The translations under genes and the position numbers were made by a program. A stretch of DNA of 63,348 nucleotides, counting the filler, from Licmophora abbreviata (taxonomy: Eukaryota): NCBI GenBank assembly GCA_900291995.1. It is 15 parts of 15 records of this genome, joined end to end, with 100 filler letters (N's around TTAATTAATTAA, not from the genome) between each part and the next. Parts side by side here need not be neighbours in the genome. Positions count along the whole stretch, not along the records: positions 44,471 to 50,191 come from OLMU01005302.1; positions 50,292 to 55,809 come from OLMU01005304.1; positions 55,910 to 58,474 come from OLMU01005305.1; positions 58,575 to 61,741 come from OLMU01005306.1; 11 more parts are not named here. One strand, 5' to 3'. Shown here piece after piece: positions 46,397-61,841 of the stretch; position 1 is the first letter of the stretch, and each line of letters starts with the position of its first letter. The notes under the pieces are model-generated. The model searched no databases, was not told the DNA's origin, and was given only the letters and a program-made list of their open reading frames with translations.

Positions 46397-47886
46397 ATGG
46401 TCTGGCTCCTGCCGATGCTATTCTTGGCCGTGACGGTACAAGCAGCTAGCAATCGTCGTCAAAATTGTCTGACACTACAGCTCCCGTCCAAGAACGAACC
46501 TAGTACAGGCGGCTCACTACTGTGGAACAGAGTTTCTCCCCTCTCTATGAGAGCAGACATATTCATTACGGCGAACCCATCTGCTACTACAACTTACAGA
46601 AACTCCGAGGGGGTGCCAAAACTACAGCGCCGAGCAAACCAGCCGCTGCCCTCGACACCAAAGGCGCCTCGATTCCTTCGGAAGTCTTCAATTTGGTCAA
46701 GGCCATTGTCGGTGTTGGCGTACTCAGTCTACCCGCCGGCGTCGCTGCTTTTGGAAGTGCTCCTTCCAGTATGCTTCCCGCCGCTATCCTCATTACTGTC
46801 ATTGGTATACTTTCAGCCTTTGGCTTTGCCTTGATTGGTCGAGTCTGTGCCTATACGGGAGCCCAGAGTTACCGCGATGCTTGGAGTCAGTCGGTCGGTC
46901 CTAGTACCAGCTGGATCCCAGCGTGGTCCACCACGACGAAAACCTTCTTGGCGTGTGTCAGTTTTAGTATGGTCCTGGCGGATACCTTCAGCTTGCTGGC
47001 CCAGCAAGAGCGTACTCAGACGCTCCTGGCTGTGACGACCGTCATCTTATTGCCGCTATGTTTGATGAAGGAACTCAAGAAACTCGCGCCGTTTTCCTTG
47101 ATTGGAGTCTTGGGCATGGCGTATACGGCATTGAGTATGACACTCCGCTACCTCGATGGCACGTACAGCATGCCCGGCGGCAGTTTTGCCAGTCAATTGT
47201 CTTCTGAATTCCAACCCGCCTTTGGCGACAAGGGTGTCTCGAGTGTCTTGTCTTCCAACGCTCTCATCCTCTTGTGCATGTTGAGTACTGCATTCATGTG
47301 TCACTTTAGTGCACCGCGCTACTACTGGGAGTTGGAAAATCGTACCCTCCCGCGCTTTCATACCGTCGTCCATTGGAGCTTTGGTATTGCCATTGTCTTG
47401 ATGGCAAGCATTACGACGCTTGGATTCTTGACGTTCGGAACGGCTTGCGATGGACTGGTCTTGAACAACTATTACAACAAGGATATTTGGATGAGCGCGA
47501 GTCGTATTGCCGTGGCAGTGTCCTTGGTCTTCTCGTACCCGCTTGTCTTTGTGGGATTCCGAGACGGAGTCTTGGATATTCTCAAAGTGGACAATGAAGA
47601 GAGGAATGCGGGGTTGTTGAACACCGTCACGATCGTATTGTTGGGTCTCATTACGAGTCTGGCATGCACGTTGAAAGATGTATCGTTCGTGTTGGCGATT
47701 GGAGGAGCGACACTGGGCAATGCCTTGACTTACCTGTATCCGGCATTGATGTACCGTGCGACCGTCAAGGCACAGGGTCGTTCCGAGACGGGACAAGTGT
47801 GGATCGCAATGACGTCGGCCGTTTTGGGAGTTGTCATGGGAGCGATTGGAGCCAAAATGGCGATTCAAGGGGCAGTTGGACATTAG
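46397..47886 (+). CDS. AAAP/Aa_trans amino-acid transporter with signal peptide and LRGG motif; probable 1-nt error near C4 46538-46541
   Basis: MVWLLPMLFLAVTVQA signal peptide in an upstream frame; EVFNLVKAIVGVGVLSLPAG, GFLTFG...VLNNY, SYPL. Confidence 0.88.
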
Positions 47887-48036
47887 TAGTTTATATGGTG
47901 GTCACAGTTGTGCGTAAAGGGTGGTCGGCTAAAAGTACGTGAAGTATGAAATTGTCTGCTCTTTGTCAGGCGTTTTAATGAAGAACTTCTCTTCAAAAGC
48001 GCAGCTAGATTTCGATTAATGAAAGTATGAGTGTGC

Positions 48037-50052
48037 TTAGCCTTTCTTAGAGAATCGGCGTTTCGCCATTTTGAAGAACCGCTTCACTCCAACGGCACTT
48101 CCTCGTGTGTGAATGCTCGAGGTTGGTTCGTTCATCATGAGAGGCAGCGTGCTATGCTCATCGTCGCTCGACGCCACAGACCCCCTTTCAAAGATGGGGT
48201 CCTCGCTGTCTGCGTCACTGTCGAATGCCTCTTCCGCGGAATACCCCAGTTGTCGATGGGCCTCGGGCCACACGGCGAACAAATCGAGCTGTTGCTGAGC
48301 AGTTGATTGTTCCCACAGAGAGGTTCGCTCGATATCCGTCACCGTTCCGACATGAGTTATCTGGTCTGTAGACGCTTGTTTTATGAGAATTTGATGTTGT
48401 GAAGCACTGGGAATCTGATTTTGATATTGGACGGGTCGGACCTGATGCGGATGATGATGATCATAGGCAGCTGAGGCTGAGGGTACTGTAATTGAAGGCC
48501 TTCGTGGCATTTGCATGGTACTACTACGGGATGGCCGCCCCCTAATCCCACCGTCCATCGCACCCGTTCGCTTTGGCTGTAAGTGATCACTCAACCTTCG
48601 ATTCGAAGCAGAGTTTGGGTGACCGGCCGAACTGCGCCTTTCCTGTGTCGCGCGCCCCGTGTTTGGTGCATCCATACGATCTCCAGTCAGTTCGGCATGT
48701 CGTTGTTGTTTCGAGGACGCATATGTCTCTTCGCCTACGGAGGCTCGTCGAGCGACCTCCACATCGACATTTTGCTTGTCACTCCACAAAAACAAGTCGG
48801 TCAATTTGAGCTTGGAATTAGTATTCTTGCTCTTTTTGTTATTGTTTGCTTCAGTACTCTTCGTGGCTCGTTGGGAATGTAGTGGTAGCAAGCCACCACT
48901 GGTCGTTTCCGAATCGGCGACTGATCTCACGTCGGAAGACAATGACGCCTGGGACATACCAGGCAAATCGCGTTGGGGTCGATATAACTCTTGTCCCACA
49001 CTTCCACTCTGATACTGTTTGTTTTGCATAATGTCGCTCAATGCAGCTTCGACGCCTTCGATTGTGTGCAACCGTCGTAAGTGACTTTGCAGGGAGGAAG
49101 AATCGCCATCCTCATCCATTCGTTTGGCATATCGACGACTGCCATCACCACTCTCTTCAAAATATTCGCCACCCAATACTTTCTTGCCCTCGTACTGACC
49201 AGTTGTATGACTTTGAAGACTCTGTTCTGCACCACTCAATATCGAACGTAACGACTGAAGCATTCTCATATCGACAGTGCCCCATGGCTGATCTTTGGCA
49301 CCTGGAAGAAAGGCATTTCGTAAACTGGGGCGTGTTGCTGGAGAGGAGTTGTGATGATGAGATGAGGAGCCACGTAGTATATCAACGTCGTATTGGCCGT
49401 CATCACTGTTGGTTCGTTGTCGCTGCTCGTGCACATGCTCCGTCAAAACTTGTTGAATTTCATACAGTATCTGGGCTTCCGAGTCAGAGAGTCCGTCTTC
49501 TTTTCGTTCCGTTGAGTAAAGATGATGAGGGTTATGGTAGGATGTTGCAGTCGTACCGGTCTTGTCTGTCGTGACACTACTGCGATCAGCAGGGTCCACA
49601 TCATGACTGATGCTCGTACCGGTAGCGTCAAAGCCGTACCAATCCCTGGTTGTCCTTTTCATCTCAGGAGGCCTCGAGTGCACCACGGCTTTGTCGTCTT
49701 GAGGCAAGTCGCGATGGAAAGTCTTGCTGTTGCTATGAAATGAGTAGGGATGCGGTTGCTTCCCTTGCTCATGATGATGATGATGCTTGTGAAAAGATGG
49801 CTGATGTTGTTGATGTTGATTTGGCAAGTCACTACTCTCCAAAGTGGATGCATCCCACGAAACGAGACCGCTGCTACTAGTCGTACTACTGTCACTGTAA
49901 AGAGACAGCTGCGAGGAGGATGCCCAGGTCGACGGGTGTCGAAAGCCTAGAGTACCCGAAGGAATAAAGTCCAAATGATGATGCTGTTTGTCATGATGTA
50001 GTTCGTCGTGATCGACCGAGCGATGTCGACGCATTGGAAAGTCCAGTTCCAT
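48037..50052 (-). CDS. Hypothetical, largely disordered His/Ser/Gln-rich protein
   Basis: Long uninterrupted ORF (~670 aa); no recognisable domain. Confidence 0.55.
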   Translation of the reverse strand: MELDFPMRRHRSVDHDELHHDKQHHHLDFIPSGTLGFRHPSTWASSSQLSLYSDSSTTSSSGLVSWDASTLESSDLPNQHQQHQPSFHKHHHHHEQGKQPHPYSFHSNSKTFHRDLPQDDKAVVHSRPPEMKRTTRDWYGFDATGTSISHDVDPADRSSVTTDKTGTTATSYHNPHHLYSTERKEDGLSDSEAQILYEIQQVLTEHVHEQRQRTNSDDGQYDVDILRGSSSHHHNSSPATRPSLRNAFLPGAKDQPWGTVDMRMLQSLRSILSGAEQSLQSHTTGQYEGKKVLGGEYFEESGDGSRRYAKRMDEDGDSSSLQSHLRRLHTIEGVEAALSDIMQNKQYQSGSVGQELYRPQRDLPGMSQASLSSDVRSVADSETTSGGLLPLHSQRATKSTEANNNKKSKNTNSKLKLTDLFLWSDKQNVDVEVARRASVGEETYASSKQQRHAELTGDRMDAPNTGRATQERRSSAGHPNSASNRRLSDHLQPKRTGAMDGGIRGRPSRSSTMQMPRRPSITVPSASAAYDHHHPHQVRPVQYQNQIPSASQHQILIKQASTDQITHVGTVTDIERTSLWEQSTAQQQLDLFAVWPEAHRQLGYSAEEAFDSDADSEDPIFERGSVASSDDEHSTLPLMMNEPTSSIHTRGSAVGVKRFFKMAKRRFSKKG

Positions 50053-50580
50053 TTCTCTCCTTCTCTTGTAAGTTGTATGATTGCAAACTGCAAAGCTCCC
50101 CGAGTCAGTCAATCGAAGGATGACTGCAACATGGGCGAGCGGCGATATCGAACAGATCGATAATGCCTCGGGGCACTTCGGAAGTTGTGGTNNNNNNNNN
50201 NNNNNNNNNNNNNNNNNNNNNNNNNNNNNNNNNNNTTAATTAATTAANNNNNNNNNNNNNNNNNNNNNNNNNNNNNNNNNNNNNNNNNNNNGTAGAAAAG
50301 ATACGACAGGCTACGCAAAAGCTCAAAATCAAAACTTGATGCGTTTTTGTTCTTCGAAACGAGACAAGTCAAGTCAGTGGTCGGTGGATAGTCCATCGCT
50401 GCTCTGCTTCTTTCTATCGATTCTTACTTACTTTTTGGGACAACCGACAATGCGCTTCATGGTGCTTTGGACAACGACAGCACTTGTGGGAACAAGAACG
50501 GCAAGGGTGAGTCAAGTCAAAAAGTGGGAAGTTTTGCCCAATTTATGTTCGAACTTCCATTCACTTGGCCACGTGGAACG

Positions 50581-53306
<2,726 letters not shown>

Positions 53307-53653
53307 GCGGAGCTAAAACGTCTGTAGTAAGCATTTTGCTTTGCGTTGTGTTGGAGGACATTAGCCTAGTCTTGCTAATCAATGAATCATCCCATCTACC
53401 CAACCGTCCTGCACTGTGATGTTAGCCGTGACACGGTCCGCCTTCGAGCTCCGAGCTTTCTAAAATCAAGTGATGGCTGCTTCAGGACATTACTGTGCGT
53501 TTTGCAGGCACACAATGGTGTTGACGACACGAGACTTCATTGCTCCCTCAATGCTGTCGCGGGGCTGCTTCTCTTTCTCCATCACCTTCAATCGTCTCTG
53601 ATCCTACTGTTCAACCTATCCAGGTGTCGAAATTTACGAGAAACGGACTAGAA

Positions 53654-54795
53654 ATGACAAACAAGTCAACCATTGCTTCCGAAGTTTTGGCCGCTTCCTT
53701 GGGAGGAGCCATTTCGGCGTCGATTCTCTATCCCCTGGAGGTGAGGGGAAAGAGGAGGAGGGTATGACTGGAGATTAAAAAAAGCGACTCATTTACACGC
53801 GATCTCTTCTCTCTCTCTTTCCAGGTTCTCAAGACCAAAATGCAAGCCGAAACATCGGACAAGGAGAACCACGACGACACTTCTTCTTCGGACGGAAACA
53901 AAAAGACCATGATTCAGTATGCCCGTCACCTTTACGATACACACGGACCCTCTGTTTTCCTGGAAGGCATGGAATGGAGTGCTGTACAGAGCGCAGTGGA
54001 AAAGGCCCTCTACTTTTTTGCCTACGAAGCACTCAAGAGTCTATACACGTCTACTACGAGAACCACTTCAATTCCCCCTATTCCCAACTTGACGCTTGGA
54101 TGCATCGCAGAGTGGGCGCATTTGCCCATTACTCTACCTCTGGACTGCTGGACGACCAAGATTCAAACTAACACTGATCGTAGTAAGAATGCAATGGTCT
54201 TGTTGACGAGCATGTTGAGTGAAAAGGTGAGTACACGGGGGGTGGACGATCTGTGGGATGTGTCACGATTTATGGACTCTCATGTCATGTATATCAACTG
54301 CATTTTCACTGCGTTCCCTCTTAGGGCACGCGTGGTATGTACAAGGGCATTCAAGCCTACGTCGTCTTGTGCTTCAAGCCTGCCTTGCAGTATACCATCT
54401 TTGAACAAGTCAAGGCACTCATGGTGAAATCTCGTCGACACAAGCATCTGCATGCGGCGGAAGCGTTTCTGCTAGGCATGGTGGCGCGGGTTGTGGCGAC
54501 ACTTGTCGTATTTCCCTACGTTCGTGCCAAAGTAGTGCTGCAAACTCAGAAAGAGTCGACGACAAGTGAGGATGGTGAGAGTGCGACCACCAACAAGAAG
54601 ACGAGCATTCCAGCACTTCTTCAAGACATGTATGCCGATGGTGGCATTCCATTAATCTATCAGGGGATCACGCCGGAGTTAACTCGGGGCGTGTTGAGCA
54701 GTGCATTAATGCTCATGATAAAAGAAAAGGTGGCTCAGCTGGTGCAAGGTATGCTTCGAGCGACAGAGCAGCAGAAGCGGTTGGGTCGACGATGA
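53654..54795 (+). CDS. Mitochondrial-carrier-family protein, peroxisomal adenine-nucleotide/PMP34-like; introns 53741-53824, 54227-54324
   Basis: YPLEVLKTKMQ, LYFFAYE, LPLDCWTTKIQ, KPALQYTIFEQVK, FPYVRAKV. Confidence 0.85.
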
Positions 54796-54912
54796 TAGCG
54801 AGGGGAGCAGCAGGAAGCTATTTATCGTTGTGCTTGGGACGTGGACATAATCACTGTCACAAACGGTCGGGATTCATTCTATTGTTGATTTTTCTGTACT
54901 CCACTCTTTTGG

Positions 54913-55640
54913 TTATACAAGTATTATATAAGCACTGCTGGCAGCGACAAGGCCGTTCACCACTCCATCATCCGGTTCATCGTCGTCTTCCCTGCTCGTC
55001 TGATACAAAAAGACACTCAGCGCTCCGCTCGCAAAACTCATGTACGCAAAGCCACACTTCAAGACGAGCGAAATTGCAAACTTGAAAGCACGATCACATT
55101 CATCACCACTAAACCTCCCATCGTAGAAACACAGATAAAAGCCGATAAACTGCCAAAGGCACCACCCGAGTGCCACCCACATGTACCAGGCAACGTGCTC
55201 GTCATAGGACAAAACAGAGTCCAAGCTTGTCCAGAAGATCGCCTACAAGGTCTTGATGAGGCAGAGTGCCGCTTTTCGTCGGAGAAAGAGCAGGCGGATT
55301 CATCCACGCCCGTGACGACAACGACAAGCGGCGCCGCCAAGTCGCCGTTGTCGTCGTTTGGAAGTCGACGGGCGCCGACTCGGTCGGAGCACCCTAGCCG
55401 CTGTGTAAACGGCCATTCCAATATCGATCAGTGCCATCAACAGATCCACGTAGAGCCATAGTCGCAAAGCTGCCGTGTCACCCCGACACGCCGCAGTATA
55501 TCGTTGTTGTTCGGAATATGTGAGAACCCATCTGGAGTACGGGTATCCCTGTTCGCTCACACCGAGCAAGACTGGCGGCAGGTTCAGAAGAACCGTCAAG
55601 ACACCTTCATGACGAGATTCGTCATGGAGCGAATTGTTGG
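54913..55640 (-). pseudogene. Frameshifted member of the local 4-TM protein family
   Basis: LTVLLNLPPVLLG, WLYVDLLMALIDIG and SYDEHVAWYMWVALGWCLWQ lie in different frames; a net 19-nt deletion relative to the duplicate at 55930-56197 removes the in-frame start. Confidence 0.6.
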
Positions 55641-56197
55641 CGCGTTCAACGGAAGCTATGAGACTTTCACACATGCTTTGTGGCGTGAAACCATCATCGT
55701 GATCGAAAAAAGACGGTTGGCCCGGCCCGCTTCGTGTGACATTACACCGTTTTAGTCGTGACATTCATAAATGATGTCATCATGCGGGACTGACTCCCTA
55801 CAAGATTGTNNNNNNNNNNNNNNNNNNNNNNNNNNNNNNNNNNNNNNNNNNNNTTAATTAATTAANNNNNNNNNNNNNNNNNNNNNNNNNNNNNNNNNNN
55901 NNNNNNNNNCAGGGGTACATGTACCCCTGCCGAGCAAGACTGGCGGCAGGTTCAGAAGAACCGTCAAGACGACATAGACTAACAAGGGCGCCTTCATGAC
56001 GAGATTCGTCATGGAGCGAATTGTTGGCGCGTTCAACGGAAGCTATGAGACTTTCACACATGCTTTGTGGCGTGAAACCATCATCGTGATCGAAAGAAGA
56101 CGGTTGGCCCGGCCCGCTTCGTGTGACAATACACCGTTTTAGTCGTGACATTCAAAAAAGATGTCATCATGCGGGACTGACTCCCTACCAAGATTGT
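55562..56197. repeat. Near-identical ~250-bp direct repeat flanking gap (55562-55809 vs 55930-56197)
   Basis: Direct comparison shows a few substitutions, small indels and one net 19-nt indel. Confidence 0.9.
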
Positions 56198-56473
56198 GAA
56201 GTGGAACCCCGGACGGTCGGGTCGACATGCATCCAACACGGGCTCAGAATCACAATCGCATCTCTTCCTTCATCATCAAGATGTTCAAAAACTACCTGCC
56301 TCTAGTGTCTCCGTCGAACATCGTCTCGGTCGCTCACGACCGAATCGAATCCTGGAAGCTATTCCTGGTAGTATTGAGGCAATTCTTCAGTAAACTAGAG
56401 GGTCGTATCTGATAGGCAGTCAACAAACGCACACACAAACAAATATTTGAAGGTACACAGTCTCGTTTCTTGT

Positions 56474-57199
56474 TTAACGCAGACAACAGAGTGAGCAGGC
56501 GAATCCGATACCCGCCAAACTCATATACAGAAATCCACAAAGCAATGAATACACCAACTTAGATTTGGCACCATCACATGCTCCTCCAAAGACTTGTGAA
56601 ACACCCATGGTCTGCCAAATGCACCAAACGACAATGGCAACAATATAAATTGCCACGCCCACATCGTAGCACAATACTTGTTTCATACGGGCAAACGATG
56701 AATGGCGTGTGACTTCATCCACATTGTCAGGTAGCACGGCAATCGAATTCTGACGATCCCCCACGGGCAAGGCCGTCGAAGCATAGTATGTGCCGCTTTC
56801 AATCTTTCTATCAGCATCCTTGACACCATCCTGAACAGATATAGTAGTCGTTGTGTCCCCGCCCGTGTCGATAACGCCGGTGCTGTGTTGATCTTCTCGA
56901 ATGCGCTGCACAATATAGATACAGGCTATACAGTGTCCAATCGCCAACACTGCATTGACCCAGAACCACCGACTCCACCTCGAATCGCATCCACTACTAT
57001 CTTGCGCCCCATTGACTCCCATGACAGCACAAGGAACGTTCAAGATAAAGGTAATGGCGAGGTACGGAAAGAAGGGAGACGTCAGGATATCTCCCATCCC
57101 CTCGCAGGCAATAATACCGCACGCCTTGCAAGGCAAAATTACGATCTGACCGATTCCCTCGCACAACTGGGCCATGCCCTTCCATAGAATAGCAGCCAT
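56474..57199 (-). CDS. 4-TM membrane protein of unknown function (local family)
   Basis: PYLAITFILNVP, WFWVNAVLAIGH, CYDVGVAIYIVAIVVWCIWQ; Cys-rich ends. Confidence 0.75.
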   Translation of the reverse strand: MAAILWKGMAQLCEGIGQIVILPCKACGIIACEGMGDILTSPFFPYLAITFILNVPCAVMGVNGAQDSSGCDSRWSRWFWVNAVLAIGHCIACIYIVQRIREDQHSTGVIDTGGDTTTTISVQDGVKDADRKIESGTYYASTALPVGDRQNSIAVLPDNVDEVTRHSSFARMKQVLCYDVGVAIYIVAIVVWCIWQTMGVSQVFGGACDGAKSKLVYSLLCGFLYMSLAGIGFACSLCCLR

Positions 57200-57629
57200 C
57201 GCAGTAGCAGAAGAGAGAGAAACAAAACAAGAATGATTCGAACAGCGGATTGGTTGTCGTTGATAGCGACGCAAGCGCATGAACTGCTGATGTGTGTTTT
57301 CGACTACATTTTTTTGGGCATTCGGATTGTCGTCGCATCGTCTCGCCAAAATTTGTGTCATTGGACTCATCTCTATCACCGATCTACGTAGAATTCAGTA
57401 TGTTGGCTGGACAGATTAAATAAAAGAGTGTATCTTAAAAAATGGATGTTGTATAATTAAAACAACATTCAGAACTGTCGATATTAAATAGTCGTCTGCC
57501 GCTCCTCAAACGCGGTCGTTGCCAATCGCAAAACCGTCCCCACAAAAATCGCCGATTTCAAGACAGATGATCCCATCACAAAAAAACAGGAGGACACTCG
57601 CTCATCCGCAATCCTCACTAGACGAGACC

Positions 57630-58379
57630 ATGTCATCTTTCTCTTCCTGCTGCGGCATGCTCGTCTTGTTGTCCTATGTTGTGTTGACGATTGCCTTGAA
57701 CCTTCGTCCGCTTGTGATTGGATATGAAGCAGTGAAACCCTTTCTCTCGCGCACCGACTATTCCACAACGCAAGAGTTCTGCAATGCGACCCAGGAAACG
57801 TGGTTGTTCTTCAATTTGTTCTTTTCGTTGATTCATGTTGTAGCTTCTTTCTATGTCGCTGTTAAAGTGCAAGCGCATTTTGCAAAGAGCGCTGCTGCAC
57901 AAGAGCGAGTTGTTGTCAAGCAAGCCGGCAGTCTCAGTGAACCACTGCTGCTCACAACAACGACAGGCGTGTTGGACATTGAGCTGGCGCGAGAGCAAGA
58001 GAACAAGGTTGTCACCAAAGCACCTGCATCTTGGATGAGGAGCTTCGATTACACAATTTGCTTCGATATTGGCGTGACCGTGTATTTCGTCTTGGCTACT
58101 CTGTGGTGCATTTGGCAGTTCGTCGGTGTCACTTTGGTCTACCATCTCTATGCTGAAAGGGACCACAAGGAGGAGGGATGCAACACATTCGACCTGGTGA
58201 GCGCTCTCAAAAGTGGCCTCATCTATATGTCGATTACCAGTGCCGCACTGTCGGCATGTCTCGTGCACACGAGTGGAATGGAACACGAGGTTCACGATGC
58301 CCGCAAGTCCTCGACAGGACAAAAGAAGAAGACTCATCAAGATGCGCAAGGCTCAACTGTGGTCGTGTGGTTGTCTTGA
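57630..58379 (+). CDS. 4-TM membrane protein, paralog of 56474-57199 (head-to-head)
   Basis: YVVLTIALNLRP, WLFFNLFFSLIH, CFDIGVTVYFVLATLWCIWQ. Confidence 0.75.
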   Translation: MSSFSSCCGMLVLLSYVVLTIALNLRPLVIGYEAVKPFLSRTDYSTTQEFCNATQETWLFFNLFFSLIHVVASFYVAVKVQAHFAKSAAAQERVVVKQAGSLSEPLLLTTTTGVLDIELAREQENKVVTKAPASWMRSFDYTICFDIGVTVYFVLATLWCIWQFVGVTLVYHLYAERDHKEEGCNTFDLVSALKSGLIYMSITSAALSACLVHTSGMEHEVHDARKSSTGQKKKTHQDAQGSTVVVWLS

Positions 58380-58830
58380 GAAGGACTTAGTTCTGTTCCG
58401 AAAGAATTAGTATGCATTGTCTTATAAAAAGAAAGTGGAATCAGTAGTCAAGAATAGCCGTCTCGTTCTATCATNNNNNNNNNNNNNNNNNNNNNNNNNN
58501 NNNNNNNNNNNNNNNNNNTTAATTAATTAANNNNNNNNNNNNNNNNNNNNNNNNNNNNNNNNNNNNNNNNNNNNCTCCACGTGGAAGCTTTCTGTGTCCT
58601 CCAACGTCCGTCCCATCATACGTTTGTTCGACGAACGAGAAAGATCGCGCGAAAAAGATCTTTGTGCTGGTTTTCAGTGCGTGATGGACGAATCGAATCT
58701 TTCTTGTTGTCATTCCTCTTTCAGTTCGTCACATCATATCCTCCTCTTCTTTGAAAAAAAACAACCGAGAGAATCGTACTTGGAACTAAGAAGCGAAAGA
58801 AAGTTATTCTGGAGACAAGCACAATCTACA

Positions 58831-61375
58831 ATGGAAGAAGGGTTGTTGCACAAACAGTCCGCTTCCGACACGGCGGAGGCTAGTGAAAGTACCACCGTGA
58901 TGCGTAAACCGCCGCCTCGTTCCTCGCCACCGGCGACCAAGCGCCGTCGAATCGGTTCTCCGACTGGTCATGAGGCAGTGTTGGAAACCACAGTCGATCC
59001 TGCTTCATCTTCGTTGGAGGAGAAGGAGGAGAAGACTTCCAAGAACTCTGCAGCAGCACTCAAGAAGGAACCACCGTCCAGCGCCGATACTCCGGAAAGT
59101 TCTCCCGTCGCCGCATCGCCCACTACTGCCTACTATACTGCTACTAACATTCCTCTACCACCAGCAGGAGAACTTCCTCCGGCACCCCCGTCGACACCTG
59201 CCAGTTCCCGTGATGGAATCACTCTTCTTCCCCCCGACGACGTCGTCGTGTCCTACAATCCCATTGAAAATGCTTCCGAACTAGAAAAGGCTCTATACCG
59301 AAACTGTACACAGCAGCACACTGCTATACCAACAACAGCAACACTCCAAGAGGAACCGACCCCTCATCTTAGTCACACCAAAACCAAGTCTTCTACTGCT
59401 ACTACTTTACTACATCCCGGTGTTCTGATGGACGACTTTTCCGACTGGGCCGTGGGCGATCGTTACGAAATGATGCGTATGCTGGGACGAGGAAGCTACG
59501 GTGAAGTCGCGCAAGCCAAGGATTTGTGGTGGTCGTCTCCTGCTACTAGTGCAACAAGTACTGCTGCTACAAACGCTACTACTACGAGTCACTCGCCCTT
59601 TGTCGCCATCAAGAGAATCACATCGGCCTTTGACCATGAAATTGATGCCATTCGCTTGTACCGAGAAATGCATATTCTTCGACGATTGAGAGGACATGAA
59701 TGCATCATTCACCTGTTGGATGTTGTACAGCCACCGACCGATGATCCGGACGACTTTCATGACTTGTATCTGGTATTTGAGTGTGAGTGTTCCTGAAGTG
59801 GAGGTAGTGTGATGCATTAAACTTTATGAATGTGAGATGTAAACTGACTCTTTCTTTGTTTTCTTGCCGTTGTACGTTGTCGGACACTGAAGACGTGGAC
59901 ACGGATCTCTACAAACTCATCATGTCTCCCCAGTACCTGACTACGGAACACATTCAGGTATGCGTGTCCACGCCACCAGACTTTTGACACTCTTGCGTAC
60001 ATGACAACTAGAGTGCGTTCTCACATTCTTTTGTTTTGCATGCGCGTAGACATTTTTGTACCAAATGCTGGCGGGTCTTCAGTACACACACTCGGCCAAT
60101 GTCATTCATCGCGATTTGGTACGACTATGATATGTGCTTGCTTGTATGGATCTGAGCGATTCTTTCGTCCGCGTTGCTCACTCGGTAGTCGCCGCTCGCT
60201 CTGTTGTGCTATTATAGAAACCGGCAAATATTTTGTTAAATGAAGACTGCTCACTCAAGGTACGTTTGGTTCCGTCTGTAGCAGCCGTGTGGAGCTCATG
60301 CACGACCTCGGGAGTGCTCCAGCGTCACTCACTAGATTCTCGTCTTTACCCACAGATTTGTGACTTTGGTCTTGCACGGATAGTGACACCCAGAGATGCG
60401 ACGGAGAGCAAAAGATCATCGGAAGACTCGGCCAAGAGCTCTGAAAGCAGCAGCACCAACGATGGTGCCAGTAGTGGGAGTAGCTCGAGTAGCGGGTTTG
60501 GGCCTGCACCGGTACGTTTCCACAACTTTCGCCATCTCAGCCTGTAGTTGTCGCCTGCCTCATTGGAAAATCTCTCTCTCTCTCTTGTCGTGCATACCGC
60601 CACAGCCTCGCGGCTTGACGCGCCAGTTAACAAAGCACGTCGTCACGAGATGGTACCGTGCGCCAGAACTCATTCTGGTACAGCCTTACACCTCGGCCGT
60701 AGACATTTGGAGTTTGGGATGCATCCTGGCAGAGCTGCTGAGCATGCAAGAGGGTAACGTCCCGGACTATCAAGATCGAATGCCATTGTTTCCGGGAGGC
60801 TCGTGTTTTCCGCTGTCAGGAGAGGGGACGTCAATGAACAAGGAGGAGCGTGTTGATCAACTGAGCGTTATTTTCGGTGTGATTGGCATACCCGACGATC
60901 TAGAGTCGATTGGAATGGTGCGTGGGTCACTATTACTCGGTCGGCGCGTTATCGTGTGCTCGTATCTTTGTATCGAATCGTCTTTCTCCTTACATGCCCC
61001 ACTTTGACCTTACAGGCACCGGCCTATCGTAAGGCCATCTTGGCCAAGGGCAAGGAACTGAAGAGCAGGCCGATTGAAACCATCTATCCGGCATCCGACC
61101 CCGCCGCGATTGAGTTGTTGAAAGACATGCTGAAGTTTGACCCGAAAGAGCGTTGTACGGCCGAGCAAGCGTTAAAACACAACTTTTTTAAGAATGTCCG
61201 GGGAGGAGAGCAAGAAATGGAAATGGTAGCAAGCGAACCATTGCGAGCGCCCGAGTTTCTGGAGTCGCACAAGATCGACTTGGGCACTTTGAAACATCGC
61301 ATAATAGAGGAAGTGAGATGCTACGAAGACCTTCATCACCAGAAGAATCAGCGGCAACATCAAAAGGGTCTATAA
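58831..61375 (+). CDS. Atypical mitogen-activated protein kinase (TKH activation loop), multi-intron
   Basis: [84 protein letters not shown]. Confidence 0.92.
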
Positions 61376-61841
61376 CGAAACGAAGAAAGCGGCAATAGAC
61401 ACGCCGAAGCCGCGGGTGTTGTCACCAACACTCTGCAATTGTAGACGTTTGGCAGTTGTTGTTTGACTATACTAGTGAGTTGCAGTACACTCGATCGTAG
61501 TGTGTCCTGCGATCAGGTCTCTCACCTCAGCACGACTTTCGTGGCATCTTGTTTAGTGAGGACAGTCACGGATGCCATTTTGAAACAAAATCACTCTGTG
61601 CTAAGCGCTAAGTTGCTATAAAATACCCCCTATAAACTCGGTTTTGCTTTTGCATGTAAAAAAGAAAAAAGCTAGAATAATAAATTACAAACCGCCTGGC
61701 ATGCAAGTGCTTTCTCTACGCCCCTTCGTCATCGTCTCCTTNNNNNNNNNNNNNNNNNNNNNNNNNNNNNNNNNNNNNNNNNNNNTTAATTAATTAANNN
61801 NNNNNNNNNNNNNNNNNNNNNNNNNNNNNNNNNNNNNNNNN

